Assembly: GCA_963693365.1 (NCBI GenBank)
Contig: CAVNZM010000036.1
Location: forward strand, 1 to 45,831
DNA from: Amoebidium appalachense
Lineage: Eukaryota > Protista > Ichthyosporea
DNA: 45,831 nt
Direction of reading: 5' to 3'
The notes below the pieces were generated by a model. The model was not told the origin of the DNA. It made no database searches and saw nothing but the letters and a program-made list of their open reading frames with translations. A program made the translations under genes and the position numbers. Below, piece after piece: positions 38,466 through 45,831 of the stretch; positions within the stretch are counted from its first letter, which is position 1, and each line of letters begins with the position of its first letter.

Positions 38466-40068
38466 CTAGGCGAGCATGGCCATGTTCAGATACCAGCCGC
38501 AGGCAGCGTGCCAGCGCCACACCAGCCCGTTGGTGTCCGTGTAGTTGGCGTTGGTGTACGCGGCGGGAGGCACGCGCGGCTTGGCGTTCTCGAATACGTC
38601 GGTGCGGATGATGGACGCCCCGTCCCGCCACGTGGTCTTGGCCGGCCACGAGGGGCCGGGTTTGAAGTAGTATCCACGGCCCAATGCCGGCTTGTACGTG
38701 TAGTCCACGGCCATCAGGGTGACCCCTTTTGCGGTCGCTATGCGCTCGCCCTCCGCCACGATCTCGTCCACGTCCAAGCTGGCGAATGTGGACGCGCCAG
38801 CCCACTCGCCGGGTACGTAGGTCGTGGACAGCCCTCGTGGCAGCGTCATGTACCGCCCCTTGGTGGTCTGCGGGACCACGCATACGTACACCCACGACCC
38901 GTCGTCTGTCAGTGTGACGGCCCCGCCGAACTCGCACACGATCGAACCCCCGGGCTCGTAGTAGCCATAGGTGAACGTGTCTGTGCGCTCCAGTGAGATG
39001 AGGTACAGGCTGCCGCGCTCGGTCGCCGCTTGGGGGTTTTCGGTATACAGCGCGTTGTTGGGTGGGCCTCCGATCCGTCGCTTGCGAATGGCAACAAACC
39101 CGGCCCTGGGCACCACATAGAAGAACGTTGTGCTTGAGTAGGACGTCCCACCCAGGGCGTAGTACGCCGTCATCGGGCTTCCGGTCGCCGAAATCTTGCA
39201 CGGCACCATGCCGTGTGCGGATGCGCAGAACCCCGCATAGATCGGCCCCAGATTAACATGTGCCCCAAACGTCACGGCCCCCGGCGGTGGTCGGCTCGCA
39301 CGCACAAGCGTGTGCGTGGGAAACTCAAGCTCGTTGATGGCCGTCAGCGCGGCGTCGCACCCCGGAGGCGGGGCGTTTGTTGTCAGCGTGATGTTGCGCA
39401 CGGCGTGCTCGCACGAGTAGCCGCCCGTGCGTGCGCACAGCGAGAGGGTCGTCGGCCGTGTTGGTGCAGGCTGGGTGGGTGTCTGGGTGTGCAGCTGCGT
39501 CCAGCCAGCCCCCTTGTCAAGCAGCACCTGCAGCCCGTTGGTCTTGGTGGCAAACCGCACCATGCATGTCCACCACGCCCCCCCGGTGCCAGCTCGGGGG
39601 TACGTCACTGTGCCCAGCACCGTGGCGCCAAGGTACAGCCGCGACTTCGACTCGTACTCGTCAAACGTCAGCCGGTACGCCTCGGGCTGCAGAAGCTCGT
39701 CCTCCCCCTGGTAACGCTCGCCGGAGTACCGCTGCCCCAAGCTAAACCAGTTGGCCCACAAGGCATCGGCGCCGCTGGTCGTGCCGTCGCCGGCCCTGAA
39801 CTGGAAAGCAAGCTGGAAGTTGTCCACGGGCGGCATTACCCACACCACATAGCCATGTTGGCTGCTCTGCTTGTCCGTCAGCCTGATCTCCCCGCCCGTC
39901 CTGTTCATGTACGCAGTCCCCCCCAGCACGCCCGCCGCCGGCGCCACCCCACGCCGTGCCCTGCTGCGAGGCGCTCCACGTCTCGGCGTTCTCGAGCACC
40001 AGCGTCGTCGTGTGCCGTGCCGCAATGCTGTTGATCCGCGCGTCCAGCGTCGCCAGCCGGTCCGCCAT
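38466..40068 (-). CDS. Lectin-domain surface/fibre protein B (frameshift at the C4 run near 39948)
   Basis: MADRLATLDARI start joins ORF 38466..40082 if one base is removed; legume-lectin-like GTAY...IRLT...FQFRAG...GADAL...FDEY; DM9-like PPGAVTFG...GPIY...HGMVPCKI. Confidence 0.7.
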
Positions 40069-40101
40069 TGCCCACTGCGCACATTTGTTTTGCCCTACTC
40101 A

Positions 40102-41749
40102 ATGGCGGACCGCCTCGCCCGCCTCACACAGCGCATCCTCAACCTCGAGGGCTCGCCCCCCCGATGTGTGCTCCAGGAGACCCCCGAGACCTGGGCCCGC
40201 ACCGACTGGGCGTGCCCCACCACCGGCACTCTCGGCGGCAGCGCCTACATGAACAGGGCCAATGCCGAGATCCGCCTCACCGACCGCGCCGCCAACCAGA
40301 CCGGCTACGTGTACTGGCCCGTGTGCCCCGGGCAGCGCTTCGTGCTGTCCTTCAAGTTCAGGACCGGCGCCGGATCCACCCCCGCAGAAGGAGGCCCTGT
40401 ACGTGTCGTGGAACCAGGCCTACCCGTACCCGAACGGAGCCGTCGCCGGCATGGAGTTCCGCGTGCAGTTCAGCCCGGGGTCCGGGAAGCTCGTTTCCTA
40501 CCAACCAAACGGGGCCTTCAACTTCTCCGGCTGGCCTGCCAACGGCACCAACGGCGCCTGGCAGACGTGCGTCGTCAGCATCGCCCCGGACGCCGGCTAC
40601 GTGTTTTGTTCCCTCGGCCGGCTGCGCCTGACACACACACTGGCCGACCTGACCCCCGCCTCCACCGCCAGCACCTTCCTGTCACTGTGCGCCTACACAC
40701 TCACCACCGACTACACCGAGCACGCCGTGAAGGACATCGAGCTGTGGACCTACGACCTGGGCGTGCCCGGGCGCGACGCCCGCTCGCTTGTGCTCAACGA
40801 GATCGACGGGCCCGGCTACCGCTGGGTGCGCAGCCCGCGCGTGCCGCCTGGGGCCGTGACGTTTGGGGTGGAAGAGAACGTTGGGCCCACGTACGCCGGG
40901 CTGTGTTTTACGTGGGCTCACGGGTCTATGCTGGGCACCATCACGTATGCGGTGGATAGTGACGGTCCGACAGCAACCTATGCGTCAGTCGTCGTGCCCG
41001 GGATGGCGCCTCTGGCCTCGAACGGCAGCACCGAGGCATTCAGGTCGGCGAACTTTTTGTATCTCGTGCCCAAGGCAGGCTTTGTTGCCGTATGTAGGAA
41101 CTGGCCCACCCGCACACCCACTACGGACTTCCCGGCAGGCGCCGTGTGCGTACAATCCCCCGTTCCCCAGCTCACGCGGGCGGTGGATACATATCTGGTA
41201 AGCGAAGGGTTGCGTGCAAGGTACTTTGGAGCAGCCTACTTCGGCGGCGCGGTCTACAGTTTCGCGTCCAACAGTGGTATAGACGAGCGCGGGCCGGACC
41301 AGGTCGGGTTCGTCTGTCTAACCCCCCAGAGCACAAAGCGCAGGTACACGGTGCTCCCCTATGGCGTTGCCATCAACACCAACAGGACCCTCTTCGCTAC
41401 GTCTACTGCCTCTACGCCTCTCTGGGACACCGACAAAATGGGATCCCAGATGGAGCTTAACGACACCACCGACCCGGGGATCCCATCCGTGCTGTGCGAT
41501 GCAAACTATACGTCTGGTGCGCCCACCAACATGTTCACGTTTTACAAAGGCTCGCCGTGGCCGGTGTCAACAAACGGCAATTACTACACCTACTCGGTGG
41601 TGCGCTGGGACGACATGGAGGGGGCCAAGCCCAACGGCACGGTCGATGCGCAGCAGTACAAGACACAGGACTATGTGGATGCGGCTCGCAACCTCACGTG
41701 GCGCTGGTGCGCGTGGGCCGGCTGGTATCTCAACATGCATCCGACATAA
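40102..41749 (+). CDS. Lectin-domain surface/fibre protein C (frameshift near 40390)
   Basis: MADRLARLTQRI start joins ORF 40262..41749; ends WRWCAWAGWYLNM, like B (WRWHAACGWYLNM). Confidence 0.7.
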
Positions 41750-41755
41750 ACCCTT

Positions 41756-43225
41756 TTACTCCAGCCGGGCGACCAGCGCCTCGAGCGCCGACGTCAGTCT
41801 GTCCACGTAGTCGTTGATGGCCAGCACCGCCTCGGCGATCGTCGCCTTGCCCGCCGCCGGCCCCACGGTCGGCGCGGCCCACGTGCCCACGTTGGCCGGT
41901 GGCGCGTACGTGTTGAGGGCGAGCACGGCGGCGGCGATGGTGGTTTTGCTCGCGGCCGGACCGGTGGTGGGGGTGGTGTAAGTACCCACGACGGATGTAT
42001 TCGCCTTCCCAGCGAGCTGGGAGTCCACGGCTGTCTTGTCACTCTTGAGTGCGAGCTGGGTGTCGACATAGGTCTTGTCGCTCTTCAATGCGAGCTGGGT
42101 GTCGACATAGGTCTTGTCGCTCTTCAATGCGAGCTGGGTGTCGACATATGTCTTGTCGGTTTTCAGTGTGAGCTTGCCATCGGTATATGTGAGGTCTGCT
42201 TTTAAGAGCAGTTGGCCATCCACATAACTCTTATCGCTTTTCAATCCGAGCTGGGTATCAACATAAGTTTTGTCACTTTTCAACGCGAGCTTGTCGTCTG
42301 TATAGGTAAGGCCCGCTTTCAAGAGCAGCTGGCTATCAACAAAGCTCTTGTCGCTTTTCAGGGCCAGCTGTGCATCCGTGTAGCTTTTGTCACTTTTGAG
42401 TGCCAGCTGGGTGTCCACATAGCTCTTGTCGCTTTTCAGTGCCAACTTTTCATTGGTGTATGTCAGATCCGTTTTCAGGGCCAGTTGGGCATCGACGTAG
42501 CTTCTGTCGCTCTTAAGAGCCAGCTGCCCGTCCACATAGCTCTTGTCGCTTTTCAGGGCCAGCTGTGCATCCGTGTAGCTTTTGTCACTTTTGAGTGCCA
42601 GCTGGGTGTCCACATAGCTCTTGTCGGTTTTCAGTGCAAACTTTTCATTGGTGTATGTCAGGTCCGTTTTCAGGGCCAGTTGGGCATCGACGTAGCTTCT
42701 GTCGCTCTTAAGAGCCAGCTGCCCGTCCACATGGCTCTTGTCGCTTTTCAGTGCTAGCTTCCCATCAACAAACACCGCACGATCTTCGAACCGTTTGTCT
42801 AAGTCAGCTACCGAGGTCGTCAACCGCTTGTCCAAGTTTTCTACTGTTACGACATCGGCCTTCAGTTGCAGTCGTGAAACCACACTGTCTTCTTCGGCCT
42901 TTTTGTCGACCGCCTCCGCAAGCTGTGCAAGAGCGACTTTGTCGGCCTTCAGCTCCAGCCCGGCCTGTTGTGCCCGCAGTGCAGTGTTGATCTCTTCCAC
43001 CGTGCCGAGCACGTTGTCGTCGTTGACCGTCAGCGCCGCGTTCAGGATTCCGACCGCTGCGCCCAGCGTGAGCCCCGCGCAGGGCCCGTCGACGGGCACG
43101 TGGTACGGCAGCACCTGCGCCACACAGGCCGCGGCGTGCTCGAGGTCGAGCTGTCCCGTGTCGAAGGAGACGGTGTGGGGCAGGCGCGCCTGCTCCCCGC
43201 ACACCAGCTGCTTGCACCGGAGCAT
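41756..43225 (-). CDS. Fibre-like protein with ~20 x 13-aa repeats (DxQLALKSDKSYV)
   Basis: 39-bp tandem repeats at ~41990-42770 including a 5-unit higher-order duplication; coiled-coil termini. Confidence 0.8.
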   Translation of the reverse strand: MLRCKQLVCGEQARLPHTVSFDTGQLDLEHAAACVAQVLPYHVPVDGPCAGLTLGAAVGILNAALTVNDDNVLGTVEEINTALRAQQAGLELKADKVALAQLAEAVDKKAEEDSVVSRLQLKADVVTVENLDKRLTTSVADLDKRFEDRAVFVDGKLALKSDKSHVDGQLALKSDRSYVDAQLALKTDLTYTNEKFALKTDKSYVDTQLALKSDKSYTDAQLALKSDKSYVDGQLALKSDRSYVDAQLALKTDLTYTNEKLALKSDKSYVDTQLALKSDKSYTDAQLALKSDKSFVDSQLLLKAGLTYTDDKLALKSDKTYVDTQLGLKSDKSYVDGQLLLKADLTYTDGKLTLKTDKTYVDTQLALKSDKTYVDTQLALKSDKTYVDTQLALKSDKTAVDSQLAGKANTSVVGTYTTPTTGPAASKTTIAAAVLALNTYAPPANVGTWAAPTVGPAAGKATIAEAVLAINDYVDRLTSALEALVARLE

Positions 43226-43240
43226 TGGTTACGGCCCTAA

Positions 43241-43798
43241 TTAAAACCGGCCCTTCCGGCAGAACAGGTACCACAGCCCGTGCAGCAGCGCATCCGCCAG
43301 ATCGTCCTTCTTGCCTTCGCGCTCGAACTTGTCCCGCCACCCCTGCTCACCCTGCACCTCCAGCGCCTGTCGGGTGTCCTCGACCGCCCGCCGCTTGTAC
43401 ACCGCATAGGCCGCCTTGCCGGTCTCTGCGGGCGTCCGCCCCATGCGCGCGAGCCACGCCCCGCACTGGTTCTTCCGCGTGCCGTGCTGCAGCACCACCC
43501 CAGGCCCCCGGCCCTCGACCAGTCGCCGGGTCACGAAGTACCCCTGCAGCACGTGCGCCAGCACCGAAAGCTTCGTCACCATCTGCTGCTCGATCACCAC
43601 CACGTCCACACCCTCGAGCATGCGCGCCTCCTCGTGCAGCCGCCGCAGCAGCAGCTGAACGAGCACGGCCGCCGGCGTGTTCGGGTTGCCCACGGCCCAC
43701 CGCTCCCAGCTGTGGATCTCGAACGCGCCCCCTGGGGTGTCGGCCACGACGCACACGACAAGATTCAAGAACCCAACGTCGATGGCCGCCACGCGCAT
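43241..43798 (-). CDS. Holliday junction resolvase, poxvirus A22 / RuvC-like
   Basis: MRVAAIDVGFLNL, VVIEQQ and KKDDLADALLHG catalytic motifs. Confidence 0.9.
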   Translation of the reverse strand: MRVAAIDVGFLNLVVCVVADTPGGAFEIHSWERWAVGNPNTPAAVLVQLLLRRLHEEARMLEGVDVVVIEQQMVTKLSVLAHVLQGYFVTRRLVEGRGPGVVLQHGTRKNQCGAWLARMGRTPAETGKAAYAVYKRRAVEDTRQALEVQGEQGWRDKFEREGKKDDLADALLHGLWYLFCRKGRF

Positions 43799-43874
43799 TT
43801 TGACCGCCAAGCGCACCGCGCGCGCTTTATAAGCCGTCCGCCGCGCCCCGCGTCGCAAATGTGCGCGTAGACAA

Positions 43875-44561
43875 ATGGACGGCAGACATACCTGGCTTGC
43901 GTGGGCGGTGATCTGTGTGGCGCTGCTGTACATGTATGTGGCACGGCGCGACTACGCCGGCGCCGGCTACGAGGACGTGGCCAAGGCGGAGGCCCCCCCG
44001 CTGGCCGCACCCACCAACCCGCCGGACCAGTTCCAGCCGGGCCTCAACCCTGACCGCACAAGACTGCACGCCCCGAACAAGGGCGCCACCGACAAGTACG
44101 GCATCAACAGGCCCTGCAACCCCGCGGACCGCCTCAACACGAAGGTCATGGAGGTCCCCCTGGACGAACACGTTGGGCGTGTGCGCCCTCTCAATCCCTA
44201 CCTCAAACCCAGCGGCGTGGACAACAGGGCAGATGCCGGTGACCGCGCGCCTTTGGCCGAGGGCGTGCCCTTGCTGACGGGTCGGGCAATCGACGGCCAC
44301 AGTCATCCCGAGCAGCAGCAGACGCGCGCCGCGTCAATGCGCGAGCTCTACCGCGTGAAGACCCGCGGCGGCATCTACAACGCGTCGTTGAAGGACTACC
44401 CGGCCCGTCCGGAGGCCGTGCTCAACAACCGCGAGGACGTGCGCACCGGTGTGCGCGCCCCGCTGCCGACGTTCGCGTTCGACCCGGTCCGGAGTGACCA
44501 GCCCCAGCACGTGGAGAAGACCCGGCGCGGCATTCGGACGCACGACTTCGGGCAGATATGA
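43875..44561 (+). CDS. Membrane-anchored hypothetical protein
   Basis: N-terminal TM helix; AAATGTGCGC-N8 upstream. Confidence 0.75.
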   Translation: MDGRHTWLAWAVICVALLYMYVARRDYAGAGYEDVAKAEAPPLAAPTNPPDQFQPGLNPDRTRLHAPNKGATDKYGINRPCNPADRLNTKVMEVPLDEHVGRVRPLNPYLKPSGVDNRADAGDRAPLAEGVPLLTGRAIDGHSHPEQQQTRAASMRELYRVKTRGGIYNASLKDYPARPEAVLNNREDVRTGVRAPLPTFAFDPVRSDQPQHVEKTRRGIRTHDFGQI

Positions 44562-44710
44562 TCACGGGGCTCGCAAACACCGACGTGCCTATGATGCCGA
44601 TCCCCGACCTGGTGGGGGGGGGCACTCTGCCACAGGACTTCAACGTCAAGCTGCGTTAACGTTAACCGACTATCGGGTGAACGCGGTGATTTTTATTTCG
44701 GCATCGGGCA

Positions 44711-44971
44711 ATGGCCATTTGCTACACACGCAAGACGAAGAGCGCGTTCAACCGACCCCTGAAGCTCAACCCGCCGCTTAAGGGGTTCATGCACAAGCCC
44801 ACGGCCACGCGCGGGCAGGTGGTGAAGGCGGTCTGGGCGTACGCCAAGAAGAAGGGGCTGAACAACGGCCAGAAGATCAAAGTCGACGGTGGGCTGTCTC
44901 CGCTGTTCCCGAAGCAGAGTACGATCAAATTCGGCGATATTGCACGCATGATCGGCAAGTTCAGCGGCTGA
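44711..44971 (+). CDS. SWIB/MDM2 domain protein
   Basis: FNRPLKLNPPLKGFM...TRGQVVKAVWAYAKKKGL...KIKVDGGLSPLF. Confidence 0.9.
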   Translation: MAICYTRKTKSAFNRPLKLNPPLKGFMHKPTATRGQVVKAVWAYAKKKGLNNGQKIKVDGGLSPLFPKQSTIKFGDIARMIGKFSG

Positions 44972-44999
44972 CCGGCGAATATTTTCACGCCTACACAAA

Positions 45000-45831
45000 A
45001 TGGCTCGTGAGCGGTATAATACTGGCAGCGGGCAAGCTGGGGAGAAGATCGTCAATTTCGTCACAAAAACGAAAGGCAAACCCCCGCAAAACGTCGGTGA
45101 GCAGGACATCAAGGCCGCAAAGCACCTACTGATCAACAACATCAGGCTATACCAGAAAGAATTCGGCGTCCCCGAAGACATCGCCAAGAAGGCGTCGGAC
45201 ATGGTGAAGTTCGGTCTCCACGGAATCCAGCGGGTGGTCGGGGGTTGCGAGGGGCGCCTGTTGCCGCTCGACGCAGCCGGGTTCATTTTCGCGTGCGTCT
45301 ACCTGCTGGGCGTTAAAACTCAGGCGAGTGCAAAGGGCGGAACGGCCGCCCTTGAAAAGGGTGCGACCGACGTGAACACGTTCCTTGTGGCCGAGGACGT
45401 GTACAGTAGGGTCCGCATCGCCATGTACGGAAAACCCCCCGATGACTTTGGCGTCATCAAGGGCGGGTCGGGGTGCAGGGAGCCTTGGATCATCGACGAC
45501 ATCGAGGCATATGCGTGCAAATGGCGCCTGGACGCGGGCAAGGTCACGGAGATCCAGGACTACCTCATCAAGCTCAACACGACCAGGACAAAAGGCGCGG
45601 AGAACATTCAAAAGGACGACAAACACTTCCCTCTCCCGCCGTGGTTCGACCTGGTTAAGACAAATGCCGATGCCGATTTGCTGACCTGGTATGAAGACAA
45701 CGGTGTCATGTCATTGGCCATAACCGAATTCTCGGAGGATGTCTACCGCAGGGCTCGCTACCTCGTGTTCCAGAAGTGCGGGATTGAATCGAACACCGTG
45801 CTCGACATGGATGCACAGCTGGCCCTGTTCC
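45000..45831 (+). CDS. Partial ORF, possible TFIIB-like cyclin-fold protein; runs off the right edge
   Basis: Open from ATG 45000 to the window end (absent from the ORF track); IRLYQKEFGVPEDIAKKASDM...EGR...AAGFIFACVYL resembles a TFIIB cyclin repeat. Confidence 0.45.
   Translation, partial: MARERYNTGSGQAGEKIVNFVTKTKGKPPQNVGEQDIKAAKHLLINNIRLYQKEFGVPEDIAKKASDMVKFGLHGIQRVVGGCEGRLLPLDAAGFIFACVYLLGVKTQASAKGGTAALEKGATDVNTFLVAEDVYSRVRIAMYGKPPDDFGVIKGGSGCREPWIIDDIEAYACKWRLDAGKVTEIQDYLIKLNTTRTKGAENIQKDDKHFPLPPWFDLVKTNADADLLTWYEDNGVMSLAITEFSEDVYRRARYLVFQKCGIESNTVLDMDAQLALF

Noticed and set aside
36046-39201. Single 1051-aa protein
   Set aside because: Its first 253 codons are an off-frame reading of paralog B; homology places the real start at 38442.

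Overview
This GC-rich, gene-dense window looks like the genome of a large eukaryotic DNA virus (Nucleocytoviricota-like), either free or endogenised. No family can be assigned because the major capsid and polymerase genes are outside the window. Motif-recognised genes: poxvirus A22/RuvC-type resolvase, A16/G9/J5-like entry protein, SF3 (DUF5906/D5-like) helicase, two penton-like proteins, TFIIB-like and SWIB proteins, NUDIX hydrolase, aquaporin, trypsin-like and retropepsin-like proteases, a C2H2 zinc-finger protein, three KilA/Bro-like paralogs (one with a T5orf172 nuclease) and several lectin/fibre genes. At least six otherwise intact genes are split by single-base frameshifts, mostly in homopolymers, and a few loci look truly decayed. 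The most notable unexplained structures are: (1) a 12.7-17.3 kb locus with three homologous helicase-type winged-helix domains, two of them followed directly by different 9-bp-phased, bidirectional iteron-like arrays around AT-rich cores, resembling satellite-type rep-ori modules; (2) two promoter classes, a host-Pol-II-like CCAAT/TATA/Inr type with near-constant spacing and an AAATGTG(C/A)GC-N8/9-ATG motif; (3) mosaic KilA-like paralogs preceded by decayed copies of neighbouring genes' 3' ends. All protein assignments are by eye; no database searches were run.
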